Under the pieces are notes generated by a model. The model saw only the letters and a list, made by a program, of their open reading frames with translations, was not told where the DNA came from and searched no databases. A DNA stretch of 64,000 nt from an uncultured Paenalcaligenes sp. (GTDB lineage Bacteria > Pseudomonadota > Gammaproteobacteria > Burkholderiales > Burkholderiaceae_B). Of this stretch, positions 10,070-19,170 are shown piece by piece (position 1 is the first letter of the stretch; each line of letters opens with the position of its first letter). The position numbers and the translations under genes are program-made. The stretch is taken from positions 708-64,707 of the forward strand of contig CANROS010000001.1 of assembly GCA_947632305.1 (NCBI GenBank). Reading direction: 5' to 3'.

Positions 10070-10492
10070 TTAGGTGTTCCGGATCTCAACTGCATAAGTC
10101 ATTTCTGCTGTTTTAGCCAACATGGCGCTGGCTGAGCAGTATTTTTCGTGAGAAAGTTTGACGGCACGCTGTACGGCAGCTTCGGGTAGGTCTTGGCCTG
10201 AGACAATAAAATGGAAATGAATTTTGGTGAAAACCTTGGGTTCGGTGTCAGCGCGTTCGGCCTGAAGCTGGACTTGGCAGTCGGTGACTTGGTGACGACC
10301 GCGTTTTAAGATCAGAACCACATCATAGGCGGCGCAACCCCCTGTGCCGGCAAGCAGCATTTCCATGGGGCGAGGAGCGGAGTCATTACCGCCACCTGCT
10401 ACAGCGCCATCCATGACGGTGACGTGGCCGCTGCCTGTGCTGGCCACAAAAAGCATACCGTTATTATGGTTCCAATTAACTGTACATTCCAT
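10070..10492 (-). CDS. OsmC/YhfA family protein
   Basis: [20 protein letters not shown]; start set at ATG 10492 (MECTVNW). Confidence 0.88.
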   Translation of the reverse strand: MECTVNWNHNNGMLFVASTGSGHVTVMDGAVAGGGNDSAPRPMEMLLAGTGGCAAYDVVLILKRGRHQVTDCQVQLQAERADTEPKVFTKIHFHFIVSGQDLPEAAVQRAVKLSHEKYCSASAMLAKTAEMTYAVEIRNT

Positions 10493-10654
10493 GGTGTGGA
10501 TCCTTGTTGATGAGTTTTGGCAAAGAAAGCACACGCTCTTTGCCCTACAATAGTCATATTGTAGCTTTAAATGCCAGCCTTATTTGTACCTATTGGCTTA
10601 TAGCTTTTGCTAGATTGCTCCCTTCTATTTTTTACTTCCCCCAAGGAGAATGTT

Positions 10655-11362
10655 ATGTCTAAGCTCAGTGAAAGCACGGCTTTGGTTGAGGTTAAACCCA
10701 AGTTCGTGCCGCTGCTACAGCGTCGCTCTTCTTTTTTTGATGCCCTGTTAACAGAAGTGGGGCATGCGGTTCAAGTCATAAGCCGCTCGGCTCAGGCGGC
10801 TAGGCCTAATCCTGCTGGCCGAGCCTTGACGCAAAAAGAAGAGACCTTAAGCACAGAGGAAACGCAACATGCTGCAGGTCTAATGCGAGTTAATCATGTG
10901 GGTGAAGTCTGCGCCCAAGCCTTATACCGTGGTCAGGCTTTATTGGTTAATGACTCTGAGTTAAAAGGATTACTGTATCAAGCCTCTTCAGAAGAAGTGG
11001 ATCACTTGGTTTGGTGTGATGATCGGCTTAAAGAGTTGGGCAGTCGTCCTAGTGTGCTTAACCCTTTATGGTATGCCGCTTCTTTTGGTTTGGGCGTGGT
11101 AGCTAGCAAGGCAGGCAAGCCGTATAACCTAGGGTTTATGGCAGAAACAGAACGGCAGGTCGAGCAACACTTAGACAGTCATTTGGTATCCTTACCGGCG
11201 CAAGACCAGCGCTCTAGAAAAATTGTAGAGCAAATGCGCTTGGATGAGATTGCTCACCGCACCACAGCAGAAGAACAAGGGGCTAGTGTTTTACCGGGGC
11301 CCATTAAGTTTGCTATGCGCTGCATGTCCAAAGTGATGACCAGCAGCGCCTATAGGCTTTAG
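10655..11362 (+). CDS. coq7: Demethoxyubiquinone hydroxylase (di-iron Coq7)
   Basis: MRVNHVGEVCAQALY, EEVDHL, ETERQVEQHL, DEIAH; AAGGAG RBS before ATG 10655. Confidence 0.92.
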   Translation: MSKLSESTALVEVKPKFVPLLQRRSSFFDALLTEVGHAVQVISRSAQAARPNPAGRALTQKEETLSTEETQHAAGLMRVNHVGEVCAQALYRGQALLVNDSELKGLLYQASSEEVDHLVWCDDRLKELGSRPSVLNPLWYAASFGLGVVASKAGKPYNLGFMAETERQVEQHLDSHLVSLPAQDQRSRKIVEQMRLDEIAHRTTAEEQGASVLPGPIKFAMRCMSKVMTSSAYRL

Positions 11363-11472
11363 TACAATCACTTACGACTACGATTAGGGTTTGTTCCTAA
11401 AGACTTTCTTGTTTTTATTTGTAGGTGTTTTGCGACAGAACGCTTAGATACGCAATTATTTGGCTATTTGCC

Positions 11473-11501
11473 TTGCATTGCACCAAGATAATAGATAAAC
11501 T
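11473..11501 (+). promoter_or_regulatory. Sigma70-type promoter of the intergenic sRNA
   Basis: TTGCAT (11473-11478), 17-nt spacer, TAAACT (11496-11501). Confidence 0.6.
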
Positions 11502-11507
11502 TTAGTT

Positions 11508-11660
11508 ATTGGATGTTGAGAAGCAGCGCAAGGGTAATAACCCTAAATTGTTGCTTAGGCTCGGGAAAACCCCTTGTAGCCCGACATGCCCCGGTTGTCT
11601 CCTCCACCCTCCTCCTTTGGTGGATTTGCCCGAGATCTATTAGATCTCGGGTTTTTTTTT
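11508..11660 (+). ncRNA. Small RNA resembling the Betaproteobacteria 'toxic' sRNA / double-hairpin anti-SD class
   Basis: GTTGTCTCCTCCACCCTCCTCCTTTGGTGGA (TCCACC/GGTGGA stem with CTCCTCC loop), then CCCGAGATCTA-T-TAGATCTCGGG and T9; own promoter; no ORF in the track. 5' end inferred. Confidence 0.75.
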
Positions 11661-11670
11661 GGGTAAACGC

Positions 11671-12939
11671 TTAGTGAATCAAGATGGCTCTGAAGTCATT
11701 GACATTGGTTTGAGTAGCGCCTGTGATGACTTGTTGTTGTAATAATTCAAAAAAACGGTGGGCATCATTGCGGCGTAGATAAGAAACTGGATCTACACCT
11801 AGTTGTAAGGCCTTGTCCCAACTTTGAGGGGTGATATAAGCGCCTGCTACCGCTAGCGCGCCATCGACCCCATCGGTATCGGCGGCTAGAGCAGTAAGAG
11901 CGAGTCGACCTTGGGTCGCACACAGTAAAGCTAATAAGAACTCTACATTACGGCCCCCTTGACCTTCTCCTTTCACATTGACACTGGTCTCACCGCCTGA
12001 AAGCAGGATGCAAGGGCGTGTTAGTGGTGTGTTGTGTTGAATAATGCTGTGTGCGATGCCTGCCATGACCTTGGCGACTTCTTTGGCTTCCCCTTCAATG
12101 GCGTCACCGAGTAATAAGGTGGTGTAGCCTGCCTGCTCGAATAGAGCAGCAGCGGCGACTAAAGCTTGGTGAGGCGTAGCGATCAAGTGGGTTTGGATGT
12201 GTGCTGCCCGAGAGTGATCTGGCTTTAGGCTTTCCCAGCGTTGTTGGCTGAGAGCGTTTCGTACCGCCGAAGGTAATTTAATTTTATAGTGCTCGAGAAT
12301 GGCGAGGGCGTGATGACACGTACTGCTGTCGGCGACGGTGGGGCCTGATGCAATACTGCTGGGCTCATCACCAGGAACATCTGAAATAATAAGATTGACC
12401 AGAGGAGCTGGAGCGCAAGCGAGTGCTAGACGGCCCCCTTTAATGGCTGAAAGGTGACGACGTACGGTATTGATTTCGTGGATGGAGGCGCCTGAGTGCA
12501 GCAAAGATTGATTGAGGTGTTGTTTTTGTTCCAACGTGAGATCGTCAATGGGTAGACTGACTAAGGCAGAACCGCCACCAGAAATTAAACAGATCACTAA
12601 GTCATCAGCAGTTAACCCTTGTACTAGCCGCAGTATTTGTTGAGCAGCGGCTAGGCTATTGTGGTCGGGCACCGGGTGGGCGCATTCGATTAAGGGAATG
12701 TGACGGGTAGGCAGCGCACTGTGGTAAGGCACCGCCACTAAACCCTGTACTTGATCCCAGGGGCCTGTCCAGTGCTGCTCAAAAGCTTGGACCATGGCCG
12801 CACCGGCTTTACCCATCCCTATGACTAGGGTGCGCCCTTTAGGGGGCGGTGGCAAAAAAGCGGGAAGCTGATAATGGGCTTGGGCGGCTTGTATGGCCGC
12901 CTCAAAGCCTTTTCTCAGTAGGACTTCGGCCTTAGTCAT
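11671..12939 (-). CDS. Glycerate kinase type 2 / MOFRL family (TtuD-like)
   Basis: IGMGKAG, LISGGGSAL, SGGET, DTDGVDG, TQTNVNDF; start set at ATG 12939. Confidence 0.9.
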   Translation of the reverse strand: MTKAEVLLRKGFEAAIQAAQAHYQLPAFLPPPPKGRTLVIGMGKAGAAMVQAFEQHWTGPWDQVQGLVAVPYHSALPTRHIPLIECAHPVPDHNSLAAAQQILRLVQGLTADDLVICLISGGGSALVSLPIDDLTLEQKQHLNQSLLHSGASIHEINTVRRHLSAIKGGRLALACAPAPLVNLIISDVPGDEPSSIASGPTVADSSTCHHALAILEHYKIKLPSAVRNALSQQRWESLKPDHSRAAHIQTHLIATPHQALVAAAALFEQAGYTTLLLGDAIEGEAKEVAKVMAGIAHSIIQHNTPLTRPCILLSGGETSVNVKGEGQGGRNVEFLLALLCATQGRLALTALAADTDGVDGALAVAGAYITPQSWDKALQLGVDPVSYLRRNDAHRFFELLQQQVITGATQTNVNDFRAILIH

Positions 12940-13822
12940 GCCCAGTGAGCGAATGATTGGACATGTCTTCAAGGACTTTGACTATAGCGGAATGATCCCA
13001 ATCACTGCCACCACGGGCTACGCAGCCGCTGAGCAGTTGCTGAAAAATAGCCGTGCCAGGCAAGGCCGCTCCTAGTTCTCGTGCCGTATTTAAGGCACTG
13101 GTAATGTCTTTTTGATGCAGATTTACCTTAAAACCGGGAGTGAGATTACCGGAGGTCATGCGTTGGCCATGCACTTCTAGAATTCTTGAATTAGCAAAAC
13201 CACCCATTAACGCCTGACGGACTTTTTCTGGATCGGCTCCCGCTTTAGATGCCAGTATTAAGCCTTCGGCGACAGCTTGAATGGTTAGGGCCACAATTAC
13301 TTGATTGGCCATTTTGGTTACTTGGCCTGCACCGTTGTCGCCTACTAAAGAGATATTTTGTCCTAAGAGCTGCAAAATGGGCAGGGCGCGCTGGAATGCG
13401 TTGTCTGAGCCCCCGGCCATAATGCTGAGGCTAGCGGCTTTGGCACCTACATCGCCACCTGAGACGGGAGCATCTAAGTAGTCGCCGCCTAGGGCTTTAA
13501 TTTTTTGGGCAAACTCTTGAGTGGCGACGGGAGAAATAGTGCTCATGTCTATGATTAGCTTGCCTGTTAAATCGGTTTGGCTAACCCCGTTGCTCCCAAA
13601 TAAGACGTCTTCTACATTGGGCGTGTCATTCACAATAAGAATGATGATGTTGGCAGCTTCGGCTGCGGCTTTGGGCGTAGCGCAAATAATGGCTCCGCTT
13701 GCCATAATCTCCTCATTGACTTGGCTGCGGGTATTGGCATAAACGCTGTGGCCTCCTTTGATAAGATTTAAGCACATCGGAATGCCCATAATACCTAAAC
13801 CAATGAACGCAATTTTTTCCAT
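12932..13822 (-). CDS. glxR: 2-hydroxy-3-oxopropionate (tartronate semialdehyde) reductase
   Basis: FIGLGIMG, DAPVSGG, GAGQVTKMANQ, LEVHGQRM, LHQKD, DHSA. Confidence 0.85.
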   Translation of the reverse strand: MEKIAFIGLGIMGIPMCLNLIKGGHSVYANTRSQVNEEIMASGAIICATPKAAAEAANIIILIVNDTPNVEDVLFGSNGVSQTDLTGKLIIDMSTISPVATQEFAQKIKALGGDYLDAPVSGGDVGAKAASLSIMAGGSDNAFQRALPILQLLGQNISLVGDNGAGQVTKMANQVIVALTIQAVAEGLILASKAGADPEKVRQALMGGFANSRILEVHGQRMTSGNLTPGFKVNLHQKDITSALNTARELGAALPGTAIFQQLLSGCVARGGSDWDHSAIVKVLEDMSNHSLTGHD

Positions 13823-13987
13823 GAAGCTTCCTGAGTTAAAAGAGTAAGCGCTTTATTTTGCGCTAGTTATTTATTTGCAACGTGCAGCCATTGTTATAGC
13901 TATCATTGATAATAATCAGAGATGGGTTATTACACCAGTGGTGGAAGCCTTGAAGCAGACACTGGGTCTATAAATTAAAGCGTAAAT

Positions 13988-14893
13988 ATGAGTCGATATA
14001 CGGAAATTCGTAGTTTTGTGTTGATAGCAGAGCGTGGTAGTTTTGCAGCAGCAGCGGTGGTCGAAGGGGTGACGCCGGTGGTGTTGGGCCGACGTTTAGA
14101 TGCGTTGGAGCAACGGCTAGGGGTGAAACTTATGCACCGTTCTACACGGGGGCTTAGGTTGACTGATTTAGGCGAACAGTTTTTAGAACAGTGCAAACTG
14201 CTTTTGCATGACTTTGAAATGGCCGAAGCGAGCATCAGTGATCAACATAATACGATGCGTGGTCATTTAAAGGTGTCAGCCCCAGCGGGTTTTGGACGTA
14301 AACATGTGGCTCCTCATGTGCTGGCGTTTAAGCAACGTTACCCAGAGTTGCGCTTAACGTTTAACTTCACTGATAGTGTGATGGATCTAGTGAATGAGGG
14401 TTACGACATGGGCATCCGTGTGGGGGCGGTGTATGACCCCAATTACGTTGCCGTACGGCTCTACCCTAATCAGCGTGTGGTTTGCGGGACACCAGCGTAT
14501 TTCGCAAAATATGGGGTACCGCAAACACCCGAAGAACTGACTCATCATAATTGTTTGGCATTTAATTTGCAGGGTGGGCAGCAGCACGGCTGGACCTTTG
14601 TACGAGCCGGTCATGTGTTTTCTGTGCGAGTCCAAGGCGATTTAGACAGCAATGATGGAGAGCTTTTATATGAGTGTGTCAAAAAAGGGTGGGGCGTGGG
14701 GTGGCGATCTACGTGGGAAATTCAGGCAGAGTTACAAAAAGGTAAGTTAGTGACGGTTTTGGATGAGTACGCTATTTCTGATTACGATATTCAGGCAGTG
14801 TATCAACAACAGCGTTATGTGCCTGCCAAAGTACGTGTTTTTACCCGATACTTAAAAGAAATCTATCATCAGCCCGGCTATTGGCAGGGCTGA
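13988..14893 (+). CDS. LysR family regulator (CrgA-like substrate domain)
   Basis: N-terminal HTH, RSTRGLRLT, SAPAGFGR; divergent from glxR. Confidence 0.92.
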   Translation: MSRYTEIRSFVLIAERGSFAAAAVVEGVTPVVLGRRLDALEQRLGVKLMHRSTRGLRLTDLGEQFLEQCKLLLHDFEMAEASISDQHNTMRGHLKVSAPAGFGRKHVAPHVLAFKQRYPELRLTFNFTDSVMDLVNEGYDMGIRVGAVYDPNYVAVRLYPNQRVVCGTPAYFAKYGVPQTPEELTHHNCLAFNLQGGQQHGWTFVRAGHVFSVRVQGDLDSNDGELLYECVKKGWGVGWRSTWEIQAELQKGKLVTVLDEYAISDYDIQAVYQQQRYVPAKVRVFTRYLKEIYHQPGYWQG

Positions 14894-14902
14894 GAAAACC
14901 GT

Positions 14903-15088
14903 TTATTTATCAGACCATAATTCGCCACCAGTGGCCCAGTCTTCGCGTTTTACGTCTTTAAACATGATTTGTACGGCTTCGGGTTTGCAGCCTAAAATCT
15001 CACACGTTTCAGCGGTAATACGCTCAACAAACTTGCGTTTTGTTTCTTTATCGCGTCCAGCAAAAAGCTCTACAGTAATTAAAGGCAT
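14903..15088 (-). CDS. 4-oxalocrotonate tautomerase family protein
   Basis: 61 aa, catalytic Pro1 (MPLITVE), GR, WATGG. Confidence 0.88.
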   Translation of the reverse strand: MPLITVELFAGRDKETKRKFVERITAETCEILGCKPEAVQIMFKDVKREDWATGGELWSDK

Positions 15089-15116
15089 AACGATTCCTAA
15101 GTAAATAAGGGTAAAA

Positions 15117-16013
15117 GTGATGAGAAGTTATCTGCAGCAAAGAATTCACAAAATCGTTGGGTTGAAAGAAAATCCAGTTAACTTTTCTGCGCCCTTAGGG
15201 GATAAAGGTCTATTTGGGCCTGAGTCCGTGGTGTGGGTGGTCCATAGTGACTTTTCTTCTATGCTGGTAGGAGGCATCACCGCGTTGTACTTGCAGATGA
15301 TACATCCAAATGTCTTAGCGGGGGTATGGGATCATTCTGAATTTAGAAAGGATTTAGCTGGTCGCTTAAAGCGTACCGCCCAATTTGTTTCAGCCGTTTC
15401 TTTTGGTCCTACCGAGGATGCGAAAAAGATGTTGCGGCTGATTAAACAGATGCATGAACCTGTGCATGGGGTCACTCAACAAGGAGAGCCATATAGAGCA
15501 AATGATCCAGAGTTGTTGTTATGGGTTCATGCCACACAGTGCTATGGCTATTTACAAGCCCACCAATGCTATAGGCCCCAGCCGTTGACAGAGCAGCAAA
15601 TCGCTCAGTACTTAGCAGAGTATCAGCAGGTATTGGTTGGGCTAGGCGGAGAGCCAGTCCAGTGGGCTAGTTGGAATGAGCTGGTCGCTTACTTGGAGTC
15701 TCAGCAACCTAAGTTGTGTGGAGGCGAACGAGTGACAGAGGTCTATCGAATTTTAAAAACAGAAACGCGTACAGGTAAAAACAAGTCTTTAGTAGGTGGG
15801 CTATTCCTACGAGCTGCTTTGGATTTGGTACCTACTTGGGGGCAGCAGTACTTTGATTATCGACCGTCTCAAGTCGGCATAGCCACGCGAACTCAGCTGG
15901 TGCTTAAAATAGCTCAGGTGCTACGGTGGGCTTCTACAGAGAGTGCGGCGAAAAAGGCTTACCAGCGTGTTTCGATAGATGATGCTCAAAAAGATACACT
16001 TTTTAAGAGCTAG
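15117..16013 (+). CDS. MpaB/DUF2236 oxygenase-like protein
   Basis: GLFGPESVVWVVH, HPNVLAGVWDHS, RLKRT, YRANDPELLLWVH. Confidence 0.82.
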   Translation: MMRSYLQQRIHKIVGLKENPVNFSAPLGDKGLFGPESVVWVVHSDFSSMLVGGITALYLQMIHPNVLAGVWDHSEFRKDLAGRLKRTAQFVSAVSFGPTEDAKKMLRLIKQMHEPVHGVTQQGEPYRANDPELLLWVHATQCYGYLQAHQCYRPQPLTEQQIAQYLAEYQQVLVGLGGEPVQWASWNELVAYLESQQPKLCGGERVTEVYRILKTETRTGKNKSLVGGLFLRAALDLVPTWGQQYFDYRPSQVGIATRTQLVLKIAQVLRWASTESAAKKAYQRVSIDDAQKDTLFKS

Positions 16014-16051
16014 GATTTTCCCTTACTTTTTTCTTTGATTTTGGATATTTC

Positions 16052-16074
16052 AGAGGGAGCGACGCTCCCTTTTT
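16052..16074 (+). terminator. Rho-independent terminator after DUF2236 gene
   Basis: AGGGAGC-GAC-GCTCCCT-TTTT. Confidence 0.7.
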
Positions 16075-16128
16075 AGGTTTGATTGGAGTGGCTGCAGATT
16101 GGTTAGGGGTTTTCCTATATATAATTTA

Positions 16129-16144
16129 TTAAACGACCAGTTAA
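16129..16144. promoter_or_regulatory. Candidate TetR operator 1
   Basis: TTAA-ACGACCAG-TTAA; its reverse complement matches the site at 20730-20745. Confidence 0.45.
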
Positions 16145-16179
16145 TATATTTATTGAAGTTTAAATAATTAAATCAGGAG

Positions 16180-17307
16180 ATGAAAATGAAAGTAAATCAA
16201 GTGTTTGCGTCATTAGGTCTAATGGGTTTGCTGGGAGGGGCTCAGGCTGAGCCAGTTAAAATAGGTGTTATTCAGCCTTTAACTGGATCAGTTGCTTATG
16301 ACGGTGCTACCACAGTAGAGGGGGTGCGTTTAGCCATGGAGCAGCGATTAGCTAAAGGACTTTCTAAGGAGGTGGAGTTAATCGTAGAGGACGGTGAGTG
16401 CCAGCCCTCTAAGTCTGTCAATGCAGCAGAGAAGCTGATTCAACGCGACAAGGTATCTATTATTTTGGGGGCTTTTTGTAGCTCAGCGACTATTGCCGTG
16501 ATGTCGGTAGCCGAAAAGTATGGTGTCCCTTTAATAACAGGGGTGTCTTCTAAGACTGATTTAACCGAGAAAGGCAACAAGTGGTTTTTTAGAACAGCAG
16601 AGACAGAAAGTATTAGTGCAAATGCTTTCGCAGAGATTTTAGTTGATCAGTTGGATTTAAAGAAGATTGCTTATATCGGGGTCAATGATGATTGGGGGCG
16701 TAACAGTATTGAGGAGTTTTCTGCAAATATTGAAGCGCATGGAGGGGAAACAATTAGCAAACTCTATTTTGATCATGGGGTAACAGACTTTTATACGATG
16801 CTGACTCGGATTCGTGCAACTAAGCCGGATGGAGTTTTTGTAGCGGCAGAAACTTAAGACGGTTCAATATTGGTTAAGCAAATGAGCGAAGTGGGTTTGC
16901 AAAGTAATGTTTTTGGGGTAGGGAGTTGGGCTACAGCTGACTTTGCGCGTTTAACAGGAGATGCTTCAGAGGGTATCTATGCAGCAGTTCCTTATGTCTA
17001 CACTATCGACCGCCCCGAGAATATCGAGTTTGTTGAAGTATACGAGAAAAAATTCAATAAAAAACCAGGTAAATACTCCGTAGCTGGTTACAACACCATT
17101 AACGTCATTTTAGATGCAATAGAACGGGCAGAAGATGGGAGCCCAGATGCATTACGCTTGTCTTTAGAGCAGACAGACTATAACGGTCCCAATGGTAATT
17201 TTAAATTTGATGAGAAGCGTCAAGCTTATGGCTTTGATGCTGTTTTAGTACAACTGCAAAAAGGAAGTCCAGTGATTGTGACTAGTACGCAAGTTGTTGC
17301 TCCTTAA
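16180..17307 (+). pseudogene. LivK-type ABC substrate-binding protein with in-frame TAA at 16855-16857
   Basis: ORFs 16180..16857 and 16870..17307 share a frame; reads ...AAET*DGSILVKQ...; GAFCSS and NDDWG motifs. Confidence 0.85.
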
Positions 17308-17338
17308 GCATTAACTCACGTTTATTTAGGAAATCATC

Positions 17339-18211
17339 ATGGAATTGTTTACGCAGTTTATTGTTAATGGGATGGTGAATGGCACGTTTTATGCCTTATC
17401 CGCTCTGGGTTTAACAATGATTTTTGGATTAATGCGCTTAGTCAATTTTGCTCATGGCGAGTTGTACATGGTGGGGGGATTACTGGGTTGGGTTTTTACA
17501 GAGCAACTAGGGCTTAATTTTTTTCTAGGTTTAGCTTTAGTTGTAATTATCATGGCGGCAGTAGGTTGGTTTTTAGATCGAGTTCTTATTGAAAGAGTCC
17601 GTGATAAGGGGCCAGAGCCGGGAATATTGTTAACTATTGGTCTTTCAATTTTCTTAGCTAATACTGCTTTAATGTTAGTTGGAACAGCTCCCCAGAAAGT
17701 GATTTCTCCCGTTTCCAGTGCCCCCTTCTTTATTGGTCCAATAATTATTACGAAAGTACGTATTTTTGCGGTAATAGTTTCTATTATTGCAATATTTTTA
17801 ACTCATCTTTTAATACAAAAGACAAAGCTAGGGAAGGCAATGAGGGCTACATTTCAAGATGAAATGGCAGCCAGTTTAGTAGGGATTGATACACGTGTTA
17901 TTTATGCTTCTACTTTTGCTTTGGGTACTGTTTTGGCATCAACTTCAGGAATGTTACTAGGATCAATTTATGTTGTACAAGCCACAATTGGAGGGTTGAT
18001 TAGCTTAAAAGCTTTTGTGGTTGTGATTCTTGGTGGCATGGGAAGCTTTTCTGGAGCTGTCCTAGGGGGGCTGATTTTAGGCGTAGCTGAAGCATTGTGG
18101 GGAGGGTACGTACAAACAGGTACTGTTGATATGGTTGGGTTTGCTATTGTCATCTTAATTCTGTTTTTTCGCCCTTATGGTTTGTTTACTACCAGAGCAG
18201 AGAGGGCGTAA
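17339..18211 (+). CDS. LivH-type ABC permease
   Basis: GLTMIFGLMRLVNFAHGE, LGKAMRAT, VILGGMGS. Confidence 0.9.
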   Translation: MELFTQFIVNGMVNGTFYALSALGLTMIFGLMRLVNFAHGELYMVGGLLGWVFTEQLGLNFFLGLALVVIIMAAVGWFLDRVLIERVRDKGPEPGILLTIGLSIFLANTALMLVGTAPQKVISPVSSAPFFIGPIIITKVRIFAVIVSIIAIFLTHLLIQKTKLGKAMRATFQDEMAASLVGIDTRVIYASTFALGTVLASTSGMLLGSIYVVQATIGGLISLKAFVVVILGGMGSFSGAVLGGLILGVAEALWGGYVQTGTVDMVGFAIVILILFFRPYGLFTTRAERA

Positions 18212-19170
18212 TGAGAATAGAGAAAAATTTGATGATTTCCTTCCTGATTTTTTTCGCATTAATTGGAGTTTTTTCAAAAAATGAGTATGTTCTCCATATT
18301 CTCGTAATGATTATCATGTACTCAATTTTAGCTACGAGTTTAAATTTAATTGTAGGCTATGTTGGTGAATTTCCTTTAGGTCACGTTGCATTTTTTGGTC
18401 TAGGGGCATATGGAGTAGCAATACTTAGTTCTCCGGATGTTGGGATCCCTGTTACTTTAACTATTCCTTTAGCTGCTTTGTTAGCTGCTATTTTTGGTTG
18501 GTTTATTGGTAGGGTTACATTGAGATTAAATGGTCCTTTTTTTGTGATTGTAACTTTATCTTTTGCTGAGGTGCTTAGATTATTGGCAAATAATTGGATT
18601 GGTCTTACTAATGGGCCAATGGGAATTGCAGGGGTAGGTCATCCTATGATCCTAGATTATTTTGATTTTCTTAATGGGAAAAGAGGGTTTGTTTTTTTTG
18701 GTATTGTTTTGGCTGCTATTTCTTTTTATTTGGCATATAAAGTTGTTTACTCAAGTTCAGGTAGAGCTGCTGTGACTATTAGAGAGAATTCTTATGTAGC
18801 CCAGTCCATAGGAATTAATCCTTTACGTTATTCTTTATTTGTTTTCATGGTTTCTGCTTTTATGGCAGGGATGGCTGGAGCTTACTATGCTTCCTATATT
18901 TCGTATGTAGGGCCTGAGGTTTTTGGTTTTCCTTTTACTGTTACTATGATTATTATGCTTTTAGTTGGTGGTAAAGGAACGTTAATTGGTCCAATTTTGG
19001 GGGCTATAATTATTACATTACTTGAGGAGTATTTGAGAGATTTTAAAGAGCTTAGATTATCTATTTTTGGGTTAATAGTAATAGCTGCAGTCATTTTCTC
19101 TCCAAATGGATTAATGGGTTATTTGAAAAATAAATTCAAGTTTTTTTCTGCAAAGGTGGATAATGCTTAA
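18211..19170 (+). CDS. LivM-type ABC permease
   Basis: GHVAFFGLGAY, LTNGPMG, IREN, VGGKGTLIGP. Confidence 0.9.
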   Translation: MRIEKNLMISFLIFFALIGVFSKNEYVLHILVMIIMYSILATSLNLIVGYVGEFPLGHVAFFGLGAYGVAILSSPDVGIPVTLTIPLAALLAAIFGWFIGRVTLRLNGPFFVIVTLSFAEVLRLLANNWIGLTNGPMGIAGVGHPMILDYFDFLNGKRGFVFFGIVLAAISFYLAYKVVYSSSGRAAVTIRENSYVAQSIGINPLRYSLFVFMVSAFMAGMAGAYYASYISYVGPEVFGFPFTVTMIIMLLVGGKGTLIGPILGAIIITLLEEYLRDFKELRLSIFGLIVIAAVIFSPNGLMGYLKNKFKFFSAKVDNA

